DNA of 64,000 bases from Octopus bimaculoides (GCF_001194135.2 NC_068995.1:23334444-23398443), one strand, 5' to 3'; positions 1 through 12,560 are shown, counted from the stretch's first letter. Made by a program: numbers and translations. Notes: generated by a model from the letters alone, not told the origin.

Positions 1-303
1 AATGTGGAATCTAAAAACAGAAACAATTCCTATCATAGTAGGTGCCTTAGGTATAATAAAAAAATATTCAGACAAATACATAACAAAAATAGCAGGACTT
101 ACAAATATATATAACATACAGAAAATTGCACTACTGGGTACTGCACACATCCTACGCAAAACACTTTCAATACAGTAAACATAAGAGCACCACAGCAAAC
201 CACAGCACATACCCAAGGCGCACAGAGCTGCGCTCGGTAGTGAAGTGAAAGCGCGTTATAAAAATAAAACTACTGAATAATAATAATAATAATAATAATA
301 ATG
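1..303 (+). mobile_element. 3' end of R4/Dong-like non-LTR retrotransposon (C-terminus of restriction-like endonuclease region, 3'UTR, (AAT)n tail)
   Basis: 2-178 translates MWNLKTETIPIIVGALGIIKKYSDKYITKIAGLTNIYNIQKIALLGTAHILRKTLSIQ*. The W..KT..IP.VIGALG and QK..LLGT.HILRK motifs match the R4/Dong C-terminus as I recall it and are homologous to 46.9-47.05 kb. (AAT)n follows at 277-303. Confidence 0.8.
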
Positions 304-335
304 ATATTACTATTATTACATTTATTTTTCTTATT

Positions 336-495
336 GAGCGGCCCGCTGGAAGAGTCGTTAATACACCGTTGAAATGCTTAGTGGTAGTTCGTAAGTCTTT
401 ATATTCTGAATTCAAATTCCGCCGCGCTCGAGTTTCCTTTCACCTTTTCCGGATCAAGAAAATGTTTTGAGGTCGATGAAATAGACTAGCCCTCC
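336..495 (+). mobile_element. SINE family A, degenerate copy
   Basis: Aligns by eye to 2261-2471 (GTCGTTA..GAAATGCTTAG..TTCAAATTCCGCCG..CCTTTCA). Confidence 0.7.
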
Positions 496-589
496 GTCTA
501 CAAACATGTCAAGTCGTGAGCCTACGCCAGGCCTATGTCTCTCATCGTTTTCTCGTTTCGATGTTTGGTTCCTTCTCAGTGTTGTTATT

Positions 590-865
590 ATACTTTCTTC
601 ATCATTAAAACTCATCACTTGGTTTTCCCAAACTGAATTTTAATGTATTCACGAATATTTCTAACCAAATGCCCAGATACATTTAATTGTTTTCTTTTTC
701 CCTTTTTCTTAGAACTTAGGTCATGCATGAATACAAATGGCTCATGGTTCCCTTGTCCTTTCCGGGATCATAGCTTGCTTTCTCTGCTTAGTATGGCTGA
801 CATATGTATAAGTGATAATATGAATTGCACAGGTGATTTTCTATCCACTTGACTTATACCATGTT
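590..865 (-). pseudogene. R4/Dong-like reverse transcriptase fragment
   Basis: Minus strand reads QVDRKSPVQFILSLIHMSAILSRESKL*SRKGQGNHEPFVFMHDL...VRNIREYIKIQFGKTK, a decayed QGD.LSP..F / NHLLFMDDL / FG..KC series. Confidence 0.65.
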
Positions 866-949
866 TATTTCAATCATCCCTAAGGACAATCATCCCTAAG
901 GTATTAACTCAATCCTCCGGAATTTCATAGAACTTCCAGTGACATTGTT

Positions 950-2030
950 TTTACCTTTGGATCAGGTTGGAAGAGGTCAAGATATTTGACGTAATAACTT
1001 ACCGCCAAGCTGTTGTGCCTTGTCTCAGTCCTTAGCTATATTGAGATGCCTTCTTTTCCACTTCCCGTGTAAAGGAATACTTTCCAGTGATGAACTGGTC
1101 CAACTGCTTCCAGCGCCACCATACGCGAACATGCACTAAATCTATACCACTTGCACACTATTCCAGAGCGATGAGCAGGTATGTTCTTAGTTCCTTAGAT
1201 TTTTACCAGTATCTCATCTCTGTAACGAATCTAGAGATCTAGGTCATGAAAAGACCAAGGCATAGCGCCTGGAATATCGTCAGGCGTTCAGCAACCTCTA
1301 CCAGTCGGGTTATCTTCCCAGTAGATGTTATACATTACCATTTTACAGAGATGCATTGGTGAATAAAACGATGGTGAGGGGACAGACACAGACACAAAGA
1401 CACGCACACACACACGTGCACGCGCATATTTGTATTCAACGGTCTTCTTTCAGTTTCCATCAACGAAATCCATTCACAAGTCTTTGGTCGGCCCAAGCTA
1501 TAGAAGAAGACATTTGCTCAAAACCGAAACCATGTGGGTAGGAAACAGCTCCTTACCACACAGTCACTCCTGCGTTTATTCTACATTTGTGAAGCGATTC
1601 CATTTCCAGGGAAGTTATAGGCGTTGACGAGAACGAACTATCTGGTCTGTTTCGGAGGACTTTGGGGTAGAAGGTTAGCATGGAAAGTTTCAGAAATCAC
1701 TGGTCTGGCAGTGCTTCTCCGAAGCACTAGCTTTTCCAGATACAGTGTACAGGCACGGAAGTGCCACTAGGCGAGACCGCCGGAGAAGCGCGCAAACAAC
1801 GATACGACACTCTGCGTACCTCTGAAGAATCTGTGTGCTGCAGACTTGTTGAGTTATATCGAACACCTAGTTTCGCGTTTGGGACGAATCCATCTATCGG
1901 CTCTATCCATTACCAGGAACACACCTCTGCCAGCATTTAACTAGGTGAAGTAAACACATAGTTTGTCTGCCCATCACTGCCAATGACATTTGGCTGTGGC
2001 AAAAAGAGGTACTGTAGATGAAGCTAATAA
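950..2030 (+). mobile_element. Tx1/L1-like LINE ORF2 3' fragment, decayed, interrupted by a SINE
   Basis: Frameshifted motifs LLFHF.CKG, HALNLYHL, QSDEQVCS, RLEYRQAF, ELSGLFRRT, FQKSLVWQCFSEAL..D.VYRHGS and ADLLSYIEHLVSRLGRI; collinear with the minus-strand copy at 48.4-49.5 kb. Confidence 0.7.
1372..1575 (-). mobile_element. SINE family B (tRNA head plus CORE-like body), 3'-truncated
   Basis: Reverse complement starts GCAGGAGTGACTGTGTGGTAAG; body CTTTCAGTTTCCATC..CACAAGTCTTTGGTCGGCCC is shared with 3690-4078 and 56126-56467. Confidence 0.85.
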
Positions 2031-2260
2031 TTATTCAGAACATTTTCCTCTTCGGTAAAGTTGTCCACCAGAAACACTTCATTCATGATTTTACAAATGT
2101 TTTTAACTGTAGGCCATAGCAACTGCTCAGCTAAAGTACGCATCGTACGCGTAATTTTACTGGATCTTACAACACGATCTCTCTTTTATGCTATATATTA
2201 AGTTATAAATATTTTAAGCTCGGTAAGGCACGTTTATCATGTAGAAATACCATTTGAATA

Positions 2261-2471
2261 AGGCGGCGAGCTTGTAGAAACGTTAGCACGTTGAACGAAA
2301 TGCTTAGCGGTATTTCGTCTGTCTTTACTTTCTGAGTTCAAATTCTGCCGGGGTCGACTTTGCCTTTCATCCTTTCGGGATCGATAAATTAAGTACCAGT
2401 TGCGTACTCGGGTAGATCTAATCGACTGGCCCCTCCCCCAAAATTTCAGGCCCTGTGCATAGAGTAGAAAA
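2261..2471 (+). mobile_element. SINE family A, near full length
   Basis: AGGCGGCGAGCTTGTAGAAACGTTAGC head, B-box-like GAGTTCAAATTC, central GGTCGACTTTGCCTTTCATCCTTTCGGGATCGATAAATTAAGTACCAG (Meta-domain-like from memory), AGTAGAAA tail. Confidence 0.9.
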
Positions 2472-3292
2472 TAAATACCGTTTCGGTACAATAATTCGCT
2501 TTTGAAACATACACTGCAACATTGAGCTATCTTTAGCCGGGAAATTAGATCCTTTAATTAGCTTCTTTTATTCAATGTTTCCAGAATACAAAAGCTAGTT
2601 GTAATCAGGTGAATGCTTTAAAGATCAAATAGAAAATAAATGTTGAAATTTAAATTACTAAAATCAAACTAGCATTTGTTTAAAATGATGCAAAATACAT
2701 GCACTTTTAATGCAAGCAAATTACTGAATTATCCTCTCCTTATTTCACACTGAATATGACAGAGGACCCTATAAATGAGTTAGAGTTTAATGGAAATACA
2801 TTTCAAGTTTTTCATACACAATAACGACAATAGCAACAGCTTCAGAAAAAAGAATTTTCAGTATTTTTTTTTCTTTTTTCAAAAGGAAAATCACAAATGT
2901 TGATCTTCATTAATGGTGAAAGTATTGATTATTTTTTTCGTGGGTTTCCTTTGACATGTTAATTAACACCGCCCACTTCATTATCAGTTAATATCTTGAG
3001 AGGTAATTCTTGTATTTTATTTTTTTATCCATTATTATTCGTGTTGACATATCTCTTAGGTTACCAACTTCCTGCGTTTCAACGCAACAATGAGAATCAT
3101 CGTTATGTCATCTAAAAGAAATTGTGTCAGGGATTATCTTCCCTCCATCAGATTCAATGAAGCGAAATAGTACAAAATGTAGTTGAAAAAACCCCATGTG
3201 TTTTGACACGTACCTCGATTGCAGCTATAGCATTGTTTCCCAGATTAAGGGTAGTAGAGAACTAATGCTAACAGACGAAAATCATAATGCAA

Positions 3293-3505
3293 TCTTTTCT
3301 ACACTAGGCACAAGGCCCGAAATTTGGAGGGAGGGGCCAGTCGATTAGATCGACCTCAGTACGCAACTGGTACTTAATTTATCGACCCTGAAAGGATGAA
3401 AGCAAAGTCGACCTGGGCGGAATTTGAAATCAGTACGTAAAGACAGACGAAATGCCACTAAGCATTTCACCCGGCGTGCTAACGTTTCTGTCAGCTTGCT
3501 GGCAT
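3293..3505 (-). mobile_element. SINE family A, near full length
   Basis: Reverse complement of the 2261-2471 sequence along its whole length. Confidence 0.9.
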
Positions 3506-3689
3506 GAAAATCATAATATGATAAAATCTAAACTAACTTAATGATTCTAAAGATCTAGTGCCTGCAAAGAATTTATATATTTATGGTTTTAGCTCAGATG
3601 TTGGGGTATACCAGCAATTCGACTTTTCCAAATGTTCATCAAATAGATTCATCACCATGCAGCAAGATTAAGTGAATATTATATTATTT

Positions 3690-4078
3690 TTCTTCTTTCA
3701 TCTTTTCCTTGTCCCAGTCATTAGACTACGGCCATGCTAGGGCACTGCCTTGAAGCATTTTTAGTCGAATGAATTGACCTCAGTACATAGTTTTGTTAAG
3801 CCGTGTACTTATTCTATCGTTCCTTTTGCCGAACCGCTAATTTACGGGGATGACAGCATACCAACATCGGTTCTAAAACAAAGATATACACACACCCACG
3901 TGCACGAGCATATTTGTATTCGACAGTCTTCTTTCAGTTTCCATCAACCAAATCCACGCACAAGTCTTTGGTCGGCCCAAGCTATACCAGGAGACATTTG
4001 CTCAAAATATCACGCAGTGGGACTGAACCTGGAACCATGTGGGTGGGAAACAGCTCCTTACCACACAGTCAATCGTGC
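3690..4078 (-). mobile_element. SINE family B, near full length
   Basis: tRNA-like head at ~4020-4078 (GGTTCCAGGTTCAGTCCC), body, and 3' tail CAGTCATTAGACTACGGCCATGCTAGGGCACTGCC. Confidence 0.88.
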
Positions 4079-7000
4079 GTTTATTCTACAATAATTAACC
4101 ATCACCAATACGCAAGGTAAAATGAGAATATGAATAGTCCCTATATTGCAAGAGTTAGGAGTCTTATTTCTTGCTATATAGATGCTATCCAACACTCTAA
4201 TCGCTATTATTAACGATTAATGGTTTTATGGTTTTATATTGCGCCTAGTTGCTTGTATTTTATGTATATGTATANNNNNNNNNNNNNNNNNNNNNNNNNN
4301 NNNNNNNNNNNNNNNNNNNNNNNNNNNNNNNNNNNNNNNNNNNNNNNNNNNNNNNNNNNNNNNNNNNNNNNNNNNNNNNNNNNNNNNNNNNNNNNNNNNN
4401 NNNNNNNNNNNNNNNNNNNNNNNNNTATATAGCTAAATCCAAGAGTAGAAAACAGGAAAATACAAGGGGATTAACGGGGATTAAGTATTTATATTTATAG
4501 AAAATGTGAATGAAACTGTGTGTATCTGTCCAGAAAGTGATGTAGCTCAAACTGTTCTTACGACATACCTTAGTGTACGTTTCCATTATTCAAAATAACG
4601 TGCATCATGAGGCATAAATTAATTGTCCTCTTCGTTATCAAAATACCGCGCATGTAAATCAGGGTTTCAGATTTAATGACGCCCTTATTTGTGGTGATGA
4701 TATGTATCCATATCGGATATGTTTTTCATATACACAAACCCTTCATTATCTCCTCTGAAAAATATCACCAGTTTCTATTTGACGTTGCTAATGCTAATTT
4801 CTTTTATTCTGTCAATAAATAGAAATAAATAATATAATACTTGCCAATGCTCCAGTGTATTTGATTATACTTTTAGGGACAACTAAAACACTGCAATACT
4901 TGCATACGCTGCTTTTTGCATGAATTTATGAATTTTTCTGTAAATCATGTATGCTGAGAGGACTTACCAATTTAGCAGAGTCTTTTTCTGTGATCCTTTA
5001 GTTATATTGGTTATAAGCTATAGATATATATGTGCGTAGCCATTAAATGTTTTCATATCTAGGGCCCGTTCTTCAGTTTTACAAGAGTTAGAAAAGGAGC
5101 TACCCTTACATTTGTCCAGTGTTTTCTACTAGAGTTTGCAGTGAAAGCTAAACATTGTATTTCTGACCTTACAAATGTGTATTTCTTATGTGAATGTTGT
5201 GCGTGTGTTGTGAATGTCGTTAAATATAAGTACACCGTTATTTTTCCTTCTACTTGCATAATTTTATGTCGGGAATTCACACGCATTTGAATATGTAAGG
5301 TGCTAAATTCCAAAACATTTTGAAAGGTTCATATATTTTATTGAAAAAATTATGGATTCTGCATATATAATGTTATACGTCAATAAAAATTTAAAGTATT
5401 CGAGATACCTAGCGTTTTTCATTATGTCTTTACTTGCATCACCGTTAGCAGAATATAATATGCAAAATTTTCTTCGTCTTCATCTCAAGAAATAAAAACA
5501 AAATTTTAAAAATACATCACGAGCGACATATTTATAATTTAACACATTCAAAGCAGTGAAAGTATAGAAATGATTTATGACTTAAATATTGGATCCTACC
5601 AACTTTATGCGAATTTTAAATCCCTAGATGAATGCGTATTCTTAATCTTTTTCCATATTTAGATAATTGCATTTTATAAGGGTTCATTTCAAAAGCATTG
5701 AGACATTATTTTACTGGTTCTGCGATATTTTACTCCTGATTCTAATCTTCATATCAGTTACATAGTGGTGATTACGTTATCGTCCCTCGCGGAAATGAAT
5801 GCTTTATATTGTAACTACCGACTCAGCATTGCACGCTCATTTTCTATCGAAAACTTTACAGAATTAGCATATTTGTCGAGGATTCATTTCCTTAGTTCTA
5901 GTTGCTACTATATAATAATAAATGCGACTAATTGCATTACATAAGGAAACTGGGATTTTTTAAGATATCTGTTGTCAAAATATGAGATACCTGCTCACCA
6001 TAAGAGCGGAAGTGTAGCTATTGATTTGGGATCTCAAAATATTCTGTAGCTGTGAAAGACAAGTATCTCCAGAAAACAAAATATGTCGTAAATAAAAACT
6101 ACTATCAAAATACGATGAAAATGCAACTTCTTATACGTAACTGTTGTTTTAACATGCACATATAGCATGCATTGTATTAAATATATGTAATAAGCCTGCA
6201 TCTAGATATGTTGTAATATGCAGCTGCAAATTTTGTAACATTTGTAAGTATAAACATTATTATCGAAGACCCAATTGAAAAATATGTTGTCTGCAGCCAA
6301 TGAAATTCATGCATTTCAAGGAAATGTTTTCCAGGGTTACAGTAGCTATGAAGAGAATGGATAATGGTGACTGAAACGTTTCCTATAACATTTCATTTTG
6401 ATAATTGTTGACCAGATGCAAAACAACAACAGAAATACTTTTCTGGCTTGCTTTTTTGCAAAATAAAACATCATTTCTTTAAAATAATTTTTGAGACAAT
6501 ATGAAGACAAAAACAGTCCTCCATACTCGACCAACGGTGGAAATTTTACCGGTGAGTGTGCTAAATTATAAAGCATCAAAAGAGAATAACTCTCCCAGAT
6601 ATAACAGAATTTTAATACAAATTCTTTTTAATCAATTACATTTTACTTTTAAGATAATTCCATTCCTATTTCTTAAACTTTCGTGGTGTCTCTCTACGTA
6701 GTATAAAACTACTGATTGTTTTGGTGTGTTAATCAAGTTAATGATGATATGCAATTTTACGTTGATTCAAACGTGTTATCTCTTTATATATTTCATATGA
6801 TTTAAAAGAAGGAAGTAAATCCATCAACGAAAAAGAATGGAGAAAATCGCAATAAATTTAATAATTTTCTCTCCTAGTCTTTTCTTTAGGTAGACTTTAC
6901 TGCTTTCATATAATAAGTAATATGAATTAGATTGCATGACTCGTTCCAATATCCAAGTAAAAGTAATTTCGTTTCTTTAATTTCGATACAAAAAGATGTT

Positions 7001-7750
7001 TCACGCCAAACTAGGAGTCGAATACCAGGGATACAATGTGAACGCATGTATCGTTTAGCGACAAAACAGCACTTTTGGAATTTGATGAATGAACAAATAT
7101 TCTAAGTGAATACTTCCCTAAAGAAAGAGCGATATGGTTTTCTAGTGATATCTCAATAAGTAGCAAGCGAAGATAAATAGTTGATAATGTAATGTAAAGC
7201 AGGGAAATCGTTTAGAAACGAAATTTAGAGTTCTTTGATGTAATAAAAGTGGCAATTAAATTTTGGGGCACCTGGGATTAGGCTAATGTAATGTCGCATG
7301 ACTAAATGTAGACAAGACTTTGGAAATGGTATCCGATAGTCAGAACATTGATCAGAGAATCGGATAGTCTGAGAACAGCTGGTGTCTAAATGTTACTTTA
7401 ATTGCCGTAATTTCTTTTATCATATGAATGGCTGAAATTGGTATGGAGTTTATTTTATATTCTATAAGACATTCTAAATAAAGAATTATTTAAATAGCAG
7501 GATTATTGAAACGATTCTGACTACTTTATATCTTTAAATCAGATATACATTAAATGGATTCTATTTTGTTTTTCTTCATAAGAGAATACAGTAGCATCTT
7601 GGAATAATGTAGTTTCACAAATATTTTATTCATGTTATTATTAACATAATTATTTGACAATTCCGATTAAGCGAATAATGTATCTGTAAACCTACCAGTG
7701 TTATGAAAATGCTATTGGTTTGTATAAGTATGTATCATATCTGATTGTAT

Positions 7751-7966
7751 TCTTTTCTACTGTAGGCACAAGGCCCGAAATTTTTGCAGAGGATGTCAGT
7801 CGACTAGATCGACATCAGTACACAACTGGTACTTAATTTATCGACCCCGAAAGGATGAAAAGCGAAGTCGACCGCTGCGCAATTTGAACTCAGAACGTAA
7901 AAGCAGACGAGATACCGCTAAGCATTTCGCCCGGCGTGCTAATGTCTCTGCCAGCTCGCCGGCTTA
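7751..7966 (-). mobile_element. SINE family A
   Basis: GGCACAAGGCCCGAAATT...TATCGACCCCGAAAGGATGAAA...GCCAGCTCGCC matches family A in reverse. Confidence 0.9.
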
Positions 7967-8174
7967 TGTATCTGTTTGTATTAAGTGTGCAAGAAATACG
8001 TTTAAAAGAATCGAAACCCAGAAAACATAATGCATTTTAGGAAGTATCACTTAAGTCGCTCATTATTTCTTTCAGCATATGTAAATGAAATTGCTATTCC
8101 TGCATTCATGATCATTATAGTATTATTCATTCATTCAGGATGCGAAATTTTACTTTTTGATATTCTGAATAAAG

Positions 8175-8393
8175 AAGGCAGTGAGGTGGTAGAATCGTTA
8201 ACTCACCGGGAAAATGCATAGCGGCCTTTCATCCGTCTATACATTGTGAGTTCAAATGACGCCGATGTTGATTTAACTCTTCATCCATTCGGGATCGAAA
8301 AAATAAGTACCTATTGACCACTTAAGTCGATGAAGTCGACTTATGCCCTCCGCCAAAATTTCTGGAATTGTTCCAAAATTTGAAATCAATATT
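8175..8393 (+). mobile_element. SINE family A, diverged variant
   Basis: AGAATCGTTA..GAGTTCAAAT..TCATCCATTCGGGATCGAAAAAATAAGTACC..CCAAAATTTGAAATCAAT. Confidence 0.8.
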
Positions 8394-10288
8394 CCGAATA
8401 CAATAATGCAAAAAAAAAATGTTTTTAGGCCTCAGCGATAATATTGAAATGTTTTGCATAATGAAATATATTTACGATTAGAATAATTACATAATCAGTA
8501 TATAATCATATTGGATTCCATGAGAAGCAAGGATAACACACGGTAATTGTAAAGAATAACATTGCACACAATGATCAGCCATATTTACTGCGATTTATGT
8601 AGTATATAAATAGTACATATCTGAATACTACATATATATGTTGCACGTATATGCTGCATATCAAACAAATATAGAAAATAAAAAACTGGTCACAAGAAAA
8701 ATGTCAAAACAAAACAAGAAATTCACAGCAAAACTTTACTAACAGATCTGGTATTTTTTGATACATCCTTATTTTGATGATATGCAATAGATCATGATTT
8801 GTTTCAAGTACATATAATGGCATTTTGTGATTTGAATTGCTACTTATAAGTTACTGTTTACATGCCGTGTATTGTCAGATAAGAATCCATTTAAACTATC
8901 ATTATTTTAATTACTTCAAGTATTAATTAAATGAAATGGCTTAAACATTGTTCTTTTTCTATGAAACTTTCACTCAGTTCCACAAACAAGCATGTCCAGT
9001 TTGATAAACTTCGTTATCGTAACATCGCCAATAAGATATCATACAGAGCATTATTGTGTCTCAAGTTTAGACTCTTGGGAACGAAATATGATACAACTAC
9101 ATGTATTGTATTTCAAGGTTAACATTCATAGAGAGGTACGAGTTTTCACTATACCAAATTTCATGGTATTAAATCGATTTGGACATCCAGGCAAGCTTAT
9201 TTCTTATGTACAATAAGAAATAATAGATATGCGTGAATTTTGAACAAAGCCATATAAATGTGACACTGTTTACCAAGGTTACAATGAAAAAAATTAACTA
9301 GTTCACTCGCCGATAGTCAAAAGGTAGCTACGTGTACGATCAGTAAATCATATGAACGCAGTGGAAATATAACACAGTGATTATAGATACTTAGATGTAC
9401 TTGAACATAATTTGTCCAAAAAGAAGGGAGAAAAGCATTGAAAAGGAAATGGCATCAAATATTTAAACAGATCCACATGTTTAAGTCAAGGAAAACTAAT
9501 AAAGCACCAATGAGATAGAACCACGTCATTCTATAGCATTAGATATTTATATGAAATTATATCAAATTTCCTTTATTGTCAGTTTTTAAATAACAGAATG
9601 GTCATACTAATGAAATAAATTTTGTGCATTAGTTTTTATATTATTACTGTTATTGGATTTATATTCAAAGGAATGTTTTAGGTAATGTTATTAGCTTTGT
9701 CTAGATATTTCTTTAGTGCAAACTAACTAGACCAGAATTTATCGCTCTCGTTTCGATCTACCTTCAGTGTAATTGCTCTCAAATCGTTAGTAATACAGAA
9801 ACATGCGAGTAAATAATGCGTTGCAAATTTTGTAACACTTGCAAGACTGATACATTATTTTTTTACTGAAAGCGGCGTCAGCTTCATATGTGTAGTTACA
9901 ATGTTTTACGTTTTCATTTCAATTGAATTTGAGATTCAACTTTGATAAAACATGTTTCATTTATGTTATTGTATTTAAAAGACGACGCTGAGACTACGAC
10001 GTTATCTATTTCGAGATAGCAAAGTCATTCAGACGTAACCAGCAGAATTATTTTATTCATTTTCTTAATGCTGCCTAAGGCTATTTCATGAAGACGGGGT
10101 TGTTATTTATTGCAGGAACTATAACTACGGAGAAAGCCTCAAGATGACAGTCATATGTATGTCACATTCCTCTGAATATTCATGTGAAACGTGTGGTCAT
10201 TACTTACGCACTCATCCCTCGAGCCATCAATAGCTGTTTAACTTATGATCAGAGTATCTGATTTAAGGGAGATCAACCAATTTACTGT

Positions 10289-10494
10289 GCTACAAATTTT
10301 GGCACAAGGCCAGCAATGTCAGGGGAGGGGTTAAGTTGATTACATCGGCCCCGGTGCTCACGTGGTTCTAATTTTATCGGCCCCAAAATGATGTAAGATA
10401 AAATCGTCCTCGGCGAAGTTTGAACCCAGGAGGCGAAATGCCTTTAACCATTTTTGCACGAAGTGCTAATGATTCTGCCAGCATGCCACCTTTA
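10289..10494 (-). mobile_element. SINE family A, diverged
   Basis: AAATTTTGGCACAAGGCCAGCAAT...GCTAATGATTCTGCCAGCATGCCACCTT. Confidence 0.8.
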
Positions 10495-10856
10495 AAATTC
10501 CAAGGAATGTTAGTCAAATATTTACTAACAGGGTGTTGCGAATTTTATATCATTTGCAAGATCAATACATAATTTTACTCAAATTGGTATGAGCTTTAAA
10601 AGAAGGAAGGAAACATTGGAACATATAGATCCGTTTATTTCCAGGTCACGGTTGGAACACTTAGTACGCAGATTTTCGCATCAAAGCCAAATGAGAGATA
10701 CACAGAAAGAACAGTAATGTAGTATCTTAAATGTTACTTTAAATCTTCATGTAATAGGAAATATCCGAGTTGACTACTGACTGATGAGAATTCCCGATTA
10801 ATTTTATTTTCATAACTTCTGAATTTTATTGACTGTGATGTGCAATCTGGGTATTA

Positions 10857-12091
10857 TATGAGCATCGGCTTAAAAAATCATAGACTGATCAAGATACTCA
10901 TGGAATGTGACCATATGAAGCATATTTTTTAATACCACTCCTTTTGCATTTCACACACATTTTCCATTGATGACGTTGTACTTGGATCCCACCGATGAAG
11001 AAGCTTTTTTTTATCCTGTTGTTCAAAAAAGGCAAATTGGCGTCATCGTCATTACGATAGTAGCTCCCAGAAAAGTGTTGTTGCCTGTTGAGCAATAGAT
11101 GATAACGAAATGGGGCGAAATTGGACAATAAGGAAGGTGATCAACCAGTTCAATGCCACAGTCACACATAGCACCTACTGAAACCAATGACCAATGTGAA
11201 ACAAACCCCTTTCCTGTTTTCTTGGTCATTTGGTCATGATACACTTTCGTAACTAACTCAGCAAGTTCGCAAGGGACTCTCCATTAATGGTGTGGCCCTT
11301 TTAAAGATAGTCAATAGACACAATATATTTTGCATCCCCCAAAACTGAGACAATCATCATCCCTGCATATGAAATTATCTTGGAGCAGGTGAGGTGGTGT
11401 GTTTCTACTGCATGGATTGTATCTTTGTCTCAAGCTCAAAGTGATGAACCTAATATTCATCTTGGGTTTGGAAATGTTCTCGAAAACTAGCTAGATCTGC
11501 CTGAAACAGTGTCAGATTTTCTTGTGATATAATCAGTCTGGTGCACTTTTGATCATGTGTCAGAAGATGGGGCACCAACTGATCAGAAACCATGCCATTG
11601 CGCAGAGTATTCTCGATTCTCCCATGGGATATGTTAATAGCATTGGCTATTTGATTTGTAGTCAATTGCCTGTCATCCATCACTATGTGGTTAACATAAT
11701 CAATGACTTCATCGGTGGTAGCAGTTGCAGGATACCCAAACCTTGGATCATCTTCAAGATAGTCTCTTCCCTCTTACATTCAGCTGCCATCTTCTACACT
11801 GGTGATAAATCTGGAGAGTAATTCTCTAATGTAACAATGATGTCAGCACAAATGTCGTTGGTGGCTAAACGTTTTTTCTGCAGGTACTTAATAAAACCAG
11901 GATGCCAAATTTTGTCCATTTTCAAATACTTTTGAAGTCTTCTTTGAATAGTCAAATATCAGTTTCACTAGAAAAAAAAAAAACAATCTATTTATTACAA
12001 ACAACCTTTGAAATTAATGCAAGCAATATTTCACAGCTCTATCATCATTCTTTCATAGTAAGCATGTTAACATTTCACCCACCCTCGAATA
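10857..12091 (-). mobile_element. Decayed mariner transposon (~1.24 kb) with transposase pseudogene
   Basis: ATG at 11919. Reads MDKIWHPGFIKYLQKK..LEDDPRFGYP..VMDDRQLT..VPHLLTHDQK..QTQDEY*VHHFELETK..IDYL*KGHTINGE..LVDHLPYCP..APFRYHL; stops and frameshifts present. Degenerate TIRs at ~10857-10885 and ~12063-12091. Confidence 0.85.
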
Positions 12092-12262
12092 AAGTTCTAT
12101 TCACTCGTACCATACTCTATTGCCTTTAGTTTTGCAATTTGAATTCATTGTAATTAATTGATTTTTTTTTTTTGGTCACAGAATTAAATATGTTAACTCC
12201 GAGTCATTATTTAGTATTCGTCTTGAATTTGGGAAGTTTTAGACAAAACAATACCACCACAT

Positions 12263-12560
12263 ATAATTGCCAACCAAGTGTGGTGTCCTATAAAAGACAG
12301 TGCTACTGACGTTTATAGCCCCAGGAAGACATCTCTTCCTGCTGGTTAACAACACACATTCTATGTCCGATTAGTATTTGTGAGGGGAGGTCATCGCTCC
12401 TAACCCTAGCCTAACGTGATACGCATGGATGACCTCCTCTCGCAAATACTAATCGGACACAGAATGTGTGTCGTTAGCCAGCAAGAAGAAATGTCTTCCT
12501 GGGGCTATAAACGTTAGTAGCACTGTCCGTTATAGGACGCCACACTTGGCTTGCAATTAT
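12263..12560. repeat. Foldback: two 133-bp inverted arms (12263-12395 / 12428-12560) with a 32-nt loop
   Basis: Arms pair almost end to end (ATAATTGC...GGAGGTCATC vs GATGACCTCC...GCAATTAT). Arm sequence is homologous to the 53.2-54.0 kb repeat. Confidence 0.95.

Noticed and set aside
871-902. 16-bp direct duplication CAATCATCCCTAAGG(A) as a TSD
   Set aside because: The copies are adjacent with nothing between them, so this is a simple tandem duplication.
6496-6551. Possible + strand 56-nt exon ending ACCG|GTGAGT
   Set aside because: Splice-like signals only, no homology; such matches are expected by chance in 64 kb.
9745-9767. CTGAAGG..TCGAAACG on minus strand; similar motifs near 62232-62257 and 553-580
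   Set aside because: These resemble decayed hammerhead or PLE signatures but lack CUGANGA and stem pairing.
10781-10800. CTGATGAG match
   Set aside because: No downstream GAAA or stem II.
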